A DNA stretch of 64,000 bases from a virus. The position numbers and the translations under genes are program-made. Each line of letters starts with the position of its first letter. Positions within the stretch are counted from its first letter, which is position 1. Where the stretch lies: IMG/VR virus record IMGVR_UViG_3300045988_122538; one strand, written 5' to 3'. The notes beneath the pieces are model-generated. The model worked only from the letters and a program-made list of their open reading frames with translations, was not told where the DNA came from and made no database searches. This document shows positions 44,750 through 55,059 of this stretch, piece by piece.

Positions 44750-45745
44750 ATGCAATACTTGAAGATAACAGAGTCTACTACATTGTCTGAGTTAATATCA
44801 CAAGTAGGTGCTCGTAATGTAGACGCTATTCTGTCATTAAATATGATAGAACGTACACCTAACATCGGAGCTGCATATACAGCTAATTTTGATTCAGCTC
44901 AATCTCGTGAGTCTGTAAAATCTCAGACAAAGATTACACGTCTGAATACAATGACTTCTGATTCTGATGTATTTGAAACTGCTTTATTATTAAGCGAAAG
45001 CGGCTGGAAATACTTAGAAGCAACTGGTAGTTTACCTGGTACGCTTAAGATACCTGAAACAATAACGCTACCAAGTTCGACATCTATACTCGGTGATGGT
45101 CAACCAGTATCTCGTGTAACTTATGATAAGACAGTTGCTATGCTCAAAGCGTCAGCTTCAATAGATCCTTCTGTACTCAACGAGTATAGTTCACGTAAAG
45201 GATCAACAATTGTAGACACTACTGCATCAACTGGAACTATTCAATGGTTCAAATTACCATGGGGACTCATAACATTACATTCTTCATTGAGTGATAAATC
45301 TGTTGATTTTCCTGTTTATCCAGACGAGTTTGAAGATGGTATCAAAGCTAACTACGAAAATATGCCAGATACGCTGTATCAATATGAACCTTGGCAGATA
45401 TACAAAAGTTCAGGACCTAGAACTAACACGTATACATTCAAGATGCACAGAGATATGTGGACTGGTGATCACAGAGACGGTAAATGCAATGAACTTATAC
45501 GTTTCTGTCAAGCTAATTGCTACCCACTATTTCAAGGAGCTGCTGTACACACATCAACAGTTACTTTGTATATTGCAGGGGATCCAATCATTTCTGGTAT
45601 AATGACTGATGTCAAAACATCATTTGATGGTCCTATTGGACTTGATGATTTTCCACTCGTATGTAAGTTAAGTATAACAATCACAGAGGTATCACCTGAA
45701 CCTTTGAACTATACTAAAGTATTAGAGAAAGGGTTGATTGGATGA
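44750..45745 (+). CDS. hypothetical tail protein (weak N-terminal LysM-like segment)
   Basis: 331 aa. LKITESTTLSELISQVGARNVDAILSLNMIE loosely resembles LysM. AAGGAG SD. Confidence 0.4.
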   Translation: MQYLKITESTTLSELISQVGARNVDAILSLNMIERTPNIGAAYTANFDSAQSRESVKSQTKITRLNTMTSDSDVFETALLLSESGWKYLEATGSLPGTLKIPETITLPSSTSILGDGQPVSRVTYDKTVAMLKASASIDPSVLNEYSSRKGSTIVDTTASTGTIQWFKLPWGLITLHSSLSDKSVDFPVYPDEFEDGIKANYENMPDTLYQYEPWQIYKSSGPRTNTYTFKMHRDMWTGDHRDGKCNELIRFCQANCYPLFQGAAVHTSTVTLYIAGDPIISGIMTDVKTSFDGPIGLDDFPLVCKLSITITEVSPEPLNYTKVLEKGLIG

Positions 45746-46302
45746 GAACAAGTTCTGATTTGACTTATCAAGAGAAAGAAGATATAAAGAAATATCAAGA
45801 TGAACATGGTATAAAGCAATATCAAGAGGGAAAAGCTCTAGAGCAGTATCTTGAGAAAAAGAATATACCATTTTATAAGCCTATATATTATGATACGCTT
45901 GTACCATATCAGACAATTGAGCATACAGGTATTCAGTATAATGTTTGTTATGACTTTGACCATATCAGCAGATACAAAGGTCTACGACAGCTTACACATA
46001 ATCCGGGTGACGAAGATAGATTCATAACACTGGAAACACCTAATCCGATATTAAGTAATGCAAAGTTCAAATATTATGATGTACCTCGTATGGAAGAAAA
46101 TCGCCTTGACCTTATTGCATATAAGTTCTATGGTTCTGCACAGTATAGTTGGATAGTAGCGTATTTCAATGGTATTGAAGATGGATTCACAGTAAGTGAA
46201 GGTCAACGATTGAGGATATTAGAGAACTTCACAGATCTATTCAACAATGGAGAGCTGCTTGCAGCTATACCAGCATTACAGCTAAATTTAGGTTCAGAAT
46301 AA
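45742..46302 (+). CDS. LysM-domain tail protein (XkdP / P2 gpX-like)
   Basis: YYDVPRMEENRLDLIAYKFYGSAQYSWIVAYFNGIEDGFTVSEGQRLRI matches the gpX/XkdP-type LysM pattern. Confidence 0.65.
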   Translation: MRTSSDLTYQEKEDIKKYQDEHGIKQYQEGKALEQYLEKKNIPFYKPIYYDTLVPYQTIEHTGIQYNVCYDFDHISRYKGLRQLTHNPGDEDRFITLETPNPILSNAKFKYYDVPRMEENRLDLIAYKFYGSAQYSWIVAYFNGIEDGFTVSEGQRLRILENFTDLFNNGELLAAIPALQLNLGSE

Positions 46303-46336
46303 TTCGTGTATACTTCATAGCAGGAGGTGATAATTC

Positions 46337-47794
46337 ATGAAAAAACAGCCATTTGTAAATTTCACACTTGCTGGTGTTAACTTAACAGAGTTTGGTCTAA
46401 AAATTCCTAATCCAGTATCATCACTAGACGTTGCTAACAGTGAAATTGCTAGTATGACATCATGGACACTTAACTGTGTTGTAGGCGGTGATACAGATAA
46501 GAAAATAAATGTAGCTGCATTTGAAGCGTTGTTATATAGTGCTGCACAGTCCGCAAGTCAGTATGCTAATTCAAGTGGTATACCGGTTGCATTTATTTTT
46601 GGATGGTTAGATGAGTATGGTAATGTTGCAGAGTATAAATCATATCAAGGATTCACATTGAAATTCAATGTTACTACAAACGGTATGTATATGCAGTATA
46701 AGTTAACAGGATATGCTACACTATCGTTACAAAGTAGTATGCCTGTACTTAGAATACCAGCAATAAGCGGAATTGTTCAACCATCTGCTATTGTAGTAGC
46801 ACTCGCACAATCTACCAAAGCTACATCTTACTATGAACTAGATGTAGATAGAAATGATGCACCTACATTAGTAAGTCATGGTCCTCTTACTACAAGCTTC
46901 AATAAGTATGTTAGAGGAGAATTCACTGGGGAAGATGATTATGATGATTTTCCAGGACTTCTACCGTTATCTAAATCGTATAGTGCATCTAAAGATGCTG
47001 CTGGGTTGAAATATCCATACAGAAAATTGAGCCAGATAATGAATAATGTATCTATATCACCAGTAAGTGATTTCCTCAAAACAAGTAATGTAGATACAAC
47101 CCCTCAATGTTCTTCGTTTAGTTACTGGGTAGATGAACCTACTATGACACGACCTGGTGTTATACATTATAAGAGTAATGCAGGACTTACATCTGCACAG
47201 AGTAAAGATATACTTGAGTTTGGGACATCTAACACTAACATACTATCATTAACTGGTACATATGATGGTGTAGCATATAACATGTCGAACATGAATTTCA
47301 CTCAAGTTGGTTTTGCTGTAGATGGCAGTGGTAACACTATAATGCAGGGTGCAGAAGTCGTCAATAGCTGGAGCAGTTCATTAGCTCAAGTGTTCCAATC
47401 TGCTAACATTATCAATGATATAAATGCCCTTGCAACGCAGTTCAGTGGTGATTTTGCTGTTACTATTCCAGGTGCTGTAAAGCAATATGAATTAGCTCAG
47501 CCTGTATCGTTGTTAGTTATGATGGGTGGTACACTGTCACCTATTTCAGGAATCTACAGTGTAATATCTGTAAGTCATACTATCAGCACAACATTCTTAA
47601 CTACATTGAAATTACAGCGACTAGTAATGAGTAGTGCAAATCAAGTAGCAACTTCTCAAGGAATATATGTAGCTGGTAGCGGAAATTATGCTCCATCATC
47701 TTACAGCACTACAAAGAATATAATTACTCCTTATAAAGTAGACCTAGGTGATATGTATCCAAACTTTGAGCATATGTCTACAGTGTCTTTATAA
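46337..47794 (+). CDS. putative baseplate hub protein (XkdQ / P2 gpD-like)
   Basis: Position after the LysM protein. C-terminal GIYSVISVSHTISTTFLTTLKLQR resembles the gpD-family end (G.y.i..v.H......T.l.l). Confidence 0.4.
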   Translation: MKKQPFVNFTLAGVNLTEFGLKIPNPVSSLDVANSEIASMTSWTLNCVVGGDTDKKINVAAFEALLYSAAQSASQYANSSGIPVAFIFGWLDEYGNVAEYKSYQGFTLKFNVTTNGMYMQYKLTGYATLSLQSSMPVLRIPAISGIVQPSAIVVALAQSTKATSYYELDVDRNDAPTLVSHGPLTTSFNKYVRGEFTGEDDYDDFPGLLPLSKSYSASKDAAGLKYPYRKLSQIMNNVSISPVSDFLKTSNVDTTPQCSSFSYWVDEPTMTRPGVIHYKSNAGLTSAQSKDILEFGTSNTNILSLTGTYDGVAYNMSNMNFTQVGFAVDGSGNTIMQGAEVVNSWSSSLAQVFQSANIINDINALATQFSGDFAVTIPGAVKQYELAQPVSLLVMMGGTLSPISGIYSVISVSHTISTTFLTTLKLQRLVMSSANQVATSQGIYVAGSGNYAPSSYSTTKNIITPYKVDLGDMYPNFEHMSTVSL

Positions 47795-47814
47795 TATGTG
47801 GAGGTAAATTATCA

Positions 47815-48369
47815 ATGGCAATCTATAAGAAACTTTCTTATTCAATACTTACAAGATCAGCTACTAACATACTAGTTCCATACATATCTAATGACCAAGA
47901 TGATTGGTACAAAGTATATGGTGGTTATCATACAGGTTTAGATATAGAAGGGTCAGAAATATACTCATTCCAATCCGGTGTCGTTACTCAGATTGGTGAT
48001 ATGGGAAATGGCCTATGTTCTGTTGTTATTCAATATACCGCTAAAACATCCCTCAGATATGCAAATATGTCTAGTACTTGCATACATGAGGGTGATGTTA
48101 TACGTCAAGGTCAAATGATAGGTGTTGCTAAGAAGTTTGTGCATTTTGAATACCTAACTTCTGAAAAAGAAGATTCTATGTGGCCCGTAAGAGTAGGATC
48201 TAATACTTATTTCAAACACAACCCTGAATTACTTATTGATGGAACAGTTAAACTAGATGCTAATGACTGGTCGCAGATTCAAAGAGCTGATACAACTAGT
48301 ATACCATATGCACTCAGAGAGTCACAGAAATCTGAATTTGGTGTTAATGGTAAGGAGGATTCTGAATAA
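47815..48369 (+). CDS. M23 family metallopeptidase
   Basis: YHTGLDIEG (HxxxD) and VHFEY (the HxH-position His). Confidence 0.8.
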   Translation: MAIYKKLSYSILTRSATNILVPYISNDQDDWYKVYGGYHTGLDIEGSEIYSFQSGVVTQIGDMGNGLCSVVIQYTAKTSLRYANMSSTCIHEGDVIRQGQMIGVAKKFVHFEYLTSEKEDSMWPVRVGSNTYFKHNPELLIDGTVKLDANDWSQIQRADTTSIPYALRESQKSEFGVNGKEDSE

Positions 48370-50081
48370 TGTCGAACTCAAACTTAGTAAGTTATGTTGA
48401 TTCAGGATCAAGTAACTACAACCAACGAACAGGTCCTATATCTAAGATCACAATTCACCATGCAGCTGGTAAGTTAACATTACAACAATTTTCAAACATA
48501 ATGCATTCACCAAGTCGAGAAGTAAGTTGGAATTATGCTATTGCATATGATGGATCAATTGGGCTATTCATACCTGAAGCATATAGAGCATGGACTACAT
48601 CTAACAGAGATAATGATATGGTTGCTATAACTATAGAAGTGTCTAACTCGTCAAATGGTGAACCTTGGCCTATTTCTGATGAATCATACAAATCACTCAT
48701 AAACTTGTGTGAGGATATTTGTAGACGTAATAACATAACAGCTATCAAGTATACAGGTGATAAGTCAGGAAACCTAACAATGCACAAGTGGTTTGCATCT
48801 ACAGGATGTCCTGGAACTACTTTATCTGCGAAATTTCCTGAAATAATGAACGAGGTAAACAAGCGTTTAGGTCAACCTTGTACATTGCAGTATGTTACAA
48901 ACCCACTTACAGGAGAGGTAACAGCTGCTGGGTTAGGTCAAAACGCTTCTATTATATCTGTAGATTCTCTTATTGATTATTCTGCATTTACACCTTATGT
49001 TGCAACAATAGACAGAAATGTAAAATCTGTTGATTTTGATAAGCTTAAAGAATCTGGTGTATGTATTGTAATGATAGAAGCTGGTAGACTATACAACGAT
49101 AATCATCAAGAAGTAGAGTTGTATTCAAACCCACTCATTGATAGTCAAGTAGTAGGTGCTGGTAAAGCATCAATTGATTATGGATTAGTTGCAGATGTAA
49201 GAGCTCATAGTGTAGAAGAAGCTAATAAAGAGCTTAAAGAGCTAACACGTATTATTCAAAAATATACTCCACCGTATGGTATATGGCTAAACATCAATCT
49301 ATCATCTGATAGAGCAACTAATAACAAAATTATAGATAGGTATGAATTTGTTTTACAAGCATTAGGTCTAAAAGATAAGATAGGTCTATATGCAACTAGA
49401 GCTCAAATGAAACGTATTGACTGGACTGAGAAAAGACAGAATGTATTGTACTTATGGCTTAATGATCATGTAGAAGAATCTGAACATCTATCACAAATAC
49501 TGTCACCAGAATTCTTCATGTTCGATGAGTCGAAGGCAAGTGATGTACCTGTAATAAATAATACAATATATACATCATCTGGAACAAGTAGCACAACATT
49601 CAATTATACAGATTGGTTGTTTGTAGGAGATTCTAGAACTGTCGGAATGAGCAATGCTGTTGGTAACATTGACTTTGTTGCTAAGGTAGGTTCTGGCTAC
49701 AATTTCATGACTTCACAACTTACAAATATCAAGAATACATATCACAATGCAAATATTGTATTCTGGTTTGGAGTTAATGATCTAGGTAATATAGATAAAT
49801 ATATAGCAGCTTACAATGATCTATGTATGAGTATGTCAGATTGTAAGATTGTTGTAGCTACAGTAGGACCTACATCTGGAAGTTATACTAATCTTATGCC
49901 TGACATACAAGATTTCAATGCAGAGCTTAAAACTGGTTTGAATCCTAATATAGCATTGATTGATGTATTCAGCAAAATGGTAAGTGATACATTCAATTCG
50001 TCTGATGGTCTACATTACGACACAAAAACATACAAATGTGTATACAATTACATTGTGAAAGGAACATATACAGAACAGTAA
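48369..50081 (+). CDS. multi-domain wall hydrolase: N-acetylmuramoyl-L-alanine amidase (amidase_2), GH25-like domain, SGNH esterase
   Basis: Amidase_2: ITIHHAAG...WNYAI...STGCPG. Central VDFDKLKESGVCIVMIEAG is GH25-like, with uncertain catalytic residues. SGNH blocks VGDSRTVG, FGVNDLG and SDGLHYD. Confidence 0.8.
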   Translation: MSNSNLVSYVDSGSSNYNQRTGPISKITIHHAAGKLTLQQFSNIMHSPSREVSWNYAIAYDGSIGLFIPEAYRAWTTSNRDNDMVAITIEVSNSSNGEPWPISDESYKSLINLCEDICRRNNITAIKYTGDKSGNLTMHKWFASTGCPGTTLSAKFPEIMNEVNKRLGQPCTLQYVTNPLTGEVTAAGLGQNASIISVDSLIDYSAFTPYVATIDRNVKSVDFDKLKESGVCIVMIEAGRLYNDNHQEVELYSNPLIDSQVVGAGKASIDYGLVADVRAHSVEEANKELKELTRIIQKYTPPYGIWLNINLSSDRATNNKIIDRYEFVLQALGLKDKIGLYATRAQMKRIDWTEKRQNVLYLWLNDHVEESEHLSQILSPEFFMFDESKASDVPVINNTIYTSSGTSSTTFNYTDWLFVGDSRTVGMSNAVGNIDFVAKVGSGYNFMTSQLTNIKNTYHNANIVFWFGVNDLGNIDKYIAAYNDLCMSMSDCKIVVATVGPTSGSYTNLMPDIQDFNAELKTGLNPNIALIDVFSKMVSDTFNSSDGLHYDTKTYKCVYNYIVKGTYTEQ

Positions 50082-50093
50082 AGAGGTGATATC

Positions 50094-52277
50094 ATGAGCT
50101 TTGTTCCTAGATTAGATGCCCCTCCTGCTTCTAGTCCATATTGGAAAACTACAGGTTCAGGCGGTTATAACAAGTGTATCAACATATCTGGTGGTTCTGT
50201 ATTACCTAACTGTGTAGGATACGCATATGGTAGATTCATGGAAATAATGAATGCTACATCATGTAATCTATCTACACATAATGCAGGACTTTGGTATGGA
50301 AATACTAGCGATGGGTATACTCGAAGTGATAAACCTCAGTTAGGTGCTGTAGTGTGTTGGAGTAGACCTGGTGAAGCTGGTCACGTAGCTATTGTAGAGC
50401 AAATAAATGCTGATGGTAGTATAGTTACATCTAACAGTGCATATGGTGGTAAACGATTCTATACACAAACATTATCACCACCAGGATATACCTGGAGCGG
50501 TAATTATCATCTACAAGGTTTCATATGTAATCCATCTGTATCTAGTAGCACTACTGGTACAACTACAGGTAATGCTAGTAAGTTATATCAATTCATAAAT
50601 TGTGCAAAATCTCAAATAGGTAAAAAACAGGAATGGGTAAGAGAAACAATTGGTTGTGGTGATATTGAATGGTGTGGTGCATTTGTAGCATCGTGTGCAA
50701 AAGTTGCAGGTATATTAGATATTTTGATTCCGAATAGCTGTAGCTCTGAATATCTAGCTACAGCAGGTGTAGATAAAGGTTGGGGTACTTATCATGAAGG
50801 ACCTTATCAAGGTTGTGTATTTACACCACAAGCTGGGGACTTAATCACATTTCGATGGGAGAATCACTATCCTACTAAATATTCATGTGATCATATTGGT
50901 ATAGTGACAGATTGTGATGGTACTACAATACATACAGTTGAAGGTAATACTGGTACATGGGATAGACACACAAGCTCAATAAAATCTAAAGAGTATGATA
51001 TAAACTACAAATGTATAAATGGGTATTATAGACCTAATTGGTCTCTAGTTGGTGCTAGTGTAAATGATGTTTTATTAGGTGGTGCTGCTGGCGGTGCTGC
51101 ATTTTCGTTGTATAATACACAGAATACTAGAGAGGACGCGATGATACGTGAGATAGGCTACTTAGATAGTAATTATAAACCTTCTATATCTACATCTAAG
51201 ATAAAATTGTCTGTTATAAACTACACATCAAGATTAGCTGAAATGTTCTCTCGATTCACAGTTTCAAGCGACGCTGTTGATAATGTATCCATTGATGGTA
51301 TCGACAATCCAAGTGCTAAAGCTGCAATTGAATTTCTTATGGGAAAGGGTCTAAATGCAGCAGCAGCTTGTGGTATATGTGGTAACGTAGAACATGAATC
51401 TGTACCTCCATACAACACAGCATCTGTAGGTGACTATGGTACGTCTTTTGGTATATGTCAGTGGCACAATGAGCGTGGAACTGCTATGAAGCGTATGGTA
51501 GGTGACGATTGGGCATCAAATTTAACCGGACAATTAGAGTATCTTTGGTATGAGTTAAATAATGGTTATACGTCTGTTTTAGCAGCTATAAAGCAAGTAC
51601 CTAATACAGTTGAAGGTGCAAAGTCAGCTGCTGATGTATTTGTTAGAAAATTTGAAGTTCCAGCATATGTAGATCAGCAATCTTTGATACGTCAAGCATC
51701 TGCTGCTGAATTATTTTCTAAATGTATAGTTCAGCAAACATCTTATGGTGGTGGTATAGCTACGCAAGTGAAAACACAGTCAGGTAGAACACCTGGTAAT
51801 GCTGTAACACATAACATACCATCGTCTGTTAGGCAAGCTGGCATAACAGCTAACTACACAAACTACCCATATTTCTTTAATATATGGGCAAGAAGTAGTG
51901 TTCAAAGAAAACTAGCAGATATATGGGCACAACAAGGTAGGCCTAGCGATAGAAATATAGCTACTATAAGTGGATATTACTGCATAGCTATTACATTAAC
52001 ACTAGGTACTACCGGTGATATAGTAACTGTTGTTTTAGAAGATGGTACATCTTTCAACTGCATTGTAGCTGATTCTAAAGGTGCTAATCCTGCATTGAAG
52101 GGTGAGTCTGGTAATGAGTACGGACACTCATTCGGCAATGGTACAATCGACATTATTGAGTGGGAGAAAAATGGTACTTCTTCTTCTAATGAAGATAATC
52201 ATACACAGATAGATCTAACAGGATGGAAAGGGAAGAAAGTATCTAAAATCATAAATCATGGACCATACTTATCATGA
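50094..52277 (+). CDS. multi-domain tail-associated lysin: CHAP, second CHAP/NlpC-like domain, phage tail lysozyme domain, 3D/DPBB-like C-terminus
   Basis: CHAP1: NCVGYAYGRF...GHVAIVEQ. CHAP2: EWCGAFVASC...DHIGIVTDCDGTTIHTVEGNTG. Lysozyme: CGICGNVEHES...FGICQWHNERG. The C-terminal GDIVTVVLEDGTSFNCIVADSKG is 3D/RlpA-like. Confidence 0.8.
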   Translation: MSFVPRLDAPPASSPYWKTTGSGGYNKCINISGGSVLPNCVGYAYGRFMEIMNATSCNLSTHNAGLWYGNTSDGYTRSDKPQLGAVVCWSRPGEAGHVAIVEQINADGSIVTSNSAYGGKRFYTQTLSPPGYTWSGNYHLQGFICNPSVSSSTTGTTTGNASKLYQFINCAKSQIGKKQEWVRETIGCGDIEWCGAFVASCAKVAGILDILIPNSCSSEYLATAGVDKGWGTYHEGPYQGCVFTPQAGDLITFRWENHYPTKYSCDHIGIVTDCDGTTIHTVEGNTGTWDRHTSSIKSKEYDINYKCINGYYRPNWSLVGASVNDVLLGGAAGGAAFSLYNTQNTREDAMIREIGYLDSNYKPSISTSKIKLSVINYTSRLAEMFSRFTVSSDAVDNVSIDGIDNPSAKAAIEFLMGKGLNAAAACGICGNVEHESVPPYNTASVGDYGTSFGICQWHNERGTAMKRMVGDDWASNLTGQLEYLWYELNNGYTSVLAAIKQVPNTVEGAKSAADVFVRKFEVPAYVDQQSLIRQASAAELFSKCIVQQTSYGGGIATQVKTQSGRTPGNAVTHNIPSSVRQAGITANYTNYPYFFNIWARSSVQRKLADIWAQQGRPSDRNIATISGYYCIAITLTLGTTGDIVTVVLEDGTSFNCIVADSKGANPALKGESGNEYGHSFGNGTIDIIEWEKNGTSSSNEDNHTQIDLTGWKGKKVSKIINHGPYLS

Positions 52278-52288
52278 GGTGATATATA

Positions 52289-52588
52289 ATGATTACATAC
52301 GGGTATGCAAAGGCATACAAATATGCAGGTGACGGTACATTATCGGTCAAAGTACGAATACCATCTGTTCATGGACCATATAAACAGTCTAATGCAAAAG
52401 GGAAGACCATTAAGAATTATGTGTTGGACAACGATTTACCTTGGTATCCGTCTTTGTTGTTACCGCACCTGCCTCAAGAGGGTGAAGTAGTTGCTATTGC
52501 ATCACTGGATAAAGGAAACAATGACTTCATTGTTATTGGACTAACTGGTGGTAGCTACAATGCAGGTGCAACTAATGTAGGAGGTTGA
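52289..52588 (+). CDS. baseplate spike/gpV-like OB-fold protein
   Basis: GTLSVKVRIPSVHGP...LPWYPSLLLPHLPQEGEVVAIASLDKGNNDFIVIGL follows the gpV/Mu gp45 pattern (v.V.ip...W.p...P..Gd.V.v.f..gd...p.v.G). Confidence 0.5.
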   Translation: MITYGYAKAYKYAGDGTLSVKVRIPSVHGPYKQSNAKGKTIKNYVLDNDLPWYPSLLLPHLPQEGEVVAIASLDKGNNDFIVIGLTGGSYNAGATNVGG

Positions 52589-52594
52589 TGAATA

Positions 52595-53041
52595 ATGACG
52601 AATTCTTTATCGTTTCCAAACATGTTTGATGTAGCACGAAACAAAGTAGGTGTATTGTCTGATAATGAATCTATAGTAAACCGATCTAGATTGCTTATAT
52701 TGACAGAGCCAACAGAGCTCTATCATAATCCTAATTTTGGTGTAGGTTTGAAACGTCATTTATGGCATTATAATACTGAGAACGAGAAAGCTATTCTAAA
52801 GGATAGAATTGTAGAACAGTTACGTCTACATGAGCCATGTTGTGCACCTGATAAAACATCATTTGCAGATGGATTACTATTTACAGGTGTAGAAGATGAC
52901 CTAGCTGCTCAAAAGTACAATCGACTTACAATGACAGTAGGTATTCAGACTGTATTTGGTGATAATGTCAGTGTGGACATATCAGATTTACAGTCTGTTC
53001 TTGATGCTGGTCAAGAAACATACAAAGAATTGCATAAATAA
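52595..53041 (+). CDS. baseplate wedge protein, gp25/GpW-like
   Basis: ESIVNRSRLLILTEPTELYHNPNFGVGL matches the gp25-family core (i.qsi..iL.T..GE....p.fG..l). Confidence 0.7.
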   Translation: MTNSLSFPNMFDVARNKVGVLSDNESIVNRSRLLILTEPTELYHNPNFGVGLKRHLWHYNTENEKAILKDRIVEQLRLHEPCCAPDKTSFADGLLFTGVEDDLAAQKYNRLTMTVGIQTVFGDNVSVDISDLQSVLDAGQETYKELHK

Positions 53042-53062
53042 GAAACGGAGGTACAGTAAACT

Positions 53063-55045
53063 ATGTCAGATAATTTAAGAGGTATGATTAAATATACAAG
53101 TAGGGATTATGAGTCTATCATGTCAGAATTCTGGGAACTAGTTCCAAAGCTCACAGAATTATGGAGACCTGAGGCAGATGCAGACCCTGGCGTTGTACTT
53201 GGTAAATTCCTTGCAAGTATTGCAGATATGTTAGGTGTTAATCTAGATTGGCTTGCAAATGAGATTTTTGGTCCATCTGTTACACAAAGAAAGAATGCAG
53301 AGAAAATCTTTGGGCTAGTAGGTTATACACTTGGTTGGTATACAGCTGCAAGAACAGAAGTAACTTTTGTAAACAATCTTGAGCATGCTATTACTCTTGA
53401 TTTTGGTTTCAATGGAGAAAACTTCTGCACACTGAATGCTTATACAGACATAACACAGCAGCCTCGTGTTATCACATACAACATTCTTCCTAGAACACAT
53501 GAATATGGTGCACAAGAAACTCGTAGTAAGCGAGAAATAATTGCATCTGCTGTAGATACATTTGAAGAGTATGACCAAGTTACACTTAATCCTGGTGAAA
53601 AGGTTACACGTGTAGCAATTGAAGGTGAATTACGTCAAGTATCATACAAAGTATCTGAGGTCAAAGCTAATAATTACATTATCAAGTTACCATCTCAGCA
53701 TATTGATACTACAGCTGTGTGGATGAAAGCAAGAACTTCCCTTAATTTTTCAGATGGTTATGCTAATACTAACTGGAAGCAGGTAGAATCTGCATCTGAA
53801 TTTGTAACTCCAGAACCAAGATTCGCTGTTACATATGATAACTATAGTAATGCTCAGATTCAAGTATCTAACTATCTAAATCAGCTTGAAAATTACAACG
53901 ATAACTACTTGACTGTTTATTGGATTGAATGTTCAGGTGCAATTGGTTCAGTAAGTGAAAATGTACTCGGTAATTTCCAGCCTGCAAAGCCTGCAGGATA
54001 TGGTGGTAGTGAAAATCCTACAAGTATGGATGGTATTCTTATATCTAACTTGTCAAATACTACAGAACTTCCTCATACTCATACAGTTACAGGTAAAAGT
54101 CCAGAATCTGCAAAAGAAGCATATGTTAACAGTCGTAATTATGTGAATACTTGGGACAGCTTGATAACTATTCCTGATTATAATAGATTCATCAAACGTG
54201 AACCTGGTGTTGATTGCGGTATTGTCATTGATTGCCAGAAAGCATTGGAAATCAACCTTGCTATTTACAAAAATACGTCGCTTACAGATGATCAAAAGTC
54301 TAAGATGTATATCACATATCATGATTTCCCTGAGAATGATAATGATATGTTTGATTGGGAAAACATCTTGAAGTTAGGCTTTGACCCTGTAGATCCAAAT
54401 AAGTTTATTTTCGCAACTAATTTCAAAACCTACACAGCAATGTGTTTTGCTATATACAATGACTTTGAATCTTCATCATATGGACAAAATACAATTGCAA
54501 CATTAAACAAACCTAATCCTACATGGGAATCTCCTACTATGGAACAAGCTTGTTTCAAACGATATAAGATGCCAGGAGATGTAATTGATGGTATTATACA
54601 GGATTACACACCTATTGGTGCTATGTCTGTTGATTTACAGTTTGGATATGCAAGAATCTTCCCTTGGTATGTAGTAGGTGAAATTTATCCAAAGAATCCT
54701 GTATCTCAAGATGTAGCTGCTAACATTGTTGCTCGTGTCAAGGAAGCGTTAGCATTGTACTTCTCTCCTGCTAATCGTGAATTTGGTCAGAAGCCTACTG
54801 TCATGGAAGTAGTAGATGTAATTGAGAATGCAGATAATCGCATTAAGTACTTTGATGCAGGAAGCTTAAAAAATCCAGTTATTGTGTATAAAGAATTCGT
54901 GAAGAATCAATTTGGTAACACAATGCACATAACATATGATATTGAGTATTTCAATCCTATTTCATTTGCTCAATACAAAGATCCAGGAGCACTTGCTACT
55001 AACCCTAACATCCGAATTGCACCTGATTGGGTTCTATCTAAATAA
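53063..55045 (+). CDS. baseplate J-like protein (gpJ/gp6 family)
   Basis: N-terminal YTSRDYESIMSEFWELVPKLTELWRPEADADPGVVLGKFLASIADML is typical of Baseplate_J. Follows the gp25-like gene. Confidence 0.75.
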   Translation: MSDNLRGMIKYTSRDYESIMSEFWELVPKLTELWRPEADADPGVVLGKFLASIADMLGVNLDWLANEIFGPSVTQRKNAEKIFGLVGYTLGWYTAARTEVTFVNNLEHAITLDFGFNGENFCTLNAYTDITQQPRVITYNILPRTHEYGAQETRSKREIIASAVDTFEEYDQVTLNPGEKVTRVAIEGELRQVSYKVSEVKANNYIIKLPSQHIDTTAVWMKARTSLNFSDGYANTNWKQVESASEFVTPEPRFAVTYDNYSNAQIQVSNYLNQLENYNDNYLTVYWIECSGAIGSVSENVLGNFQPAKPAGYGGSENPTSMDGILISNLSNTTELPHTHTVTGKSPESAKEAYVNSRNYVNTWDSLITIPDYNRFIKREPGVDCGIVIDCQKALEINLAIYKNTSLTDDQKSKMYITYHDFPENDNDMFDWENILKLGFDPVDPNKFIFATNFKTYTAMCFAIYNDFESSSYGQNTIATLNKPNPTWESPTMEQACFKRYKMPGDVIDGIIQDYTPIGAMSVDLQFGYARIFPWYVVGEIYPKNPVSQDVAANIVARVKEALALYFSPANREFGQKPTVMEVVDVIENADNRIKYFDAGSLKNPVIVYKEFVKNQFGNTMHITYDIEYFNPISFAQYKDPGALATNPNIRIAPDWVLSK

Positions 55046-55059
55046 GGAGGTTCAAGTAT

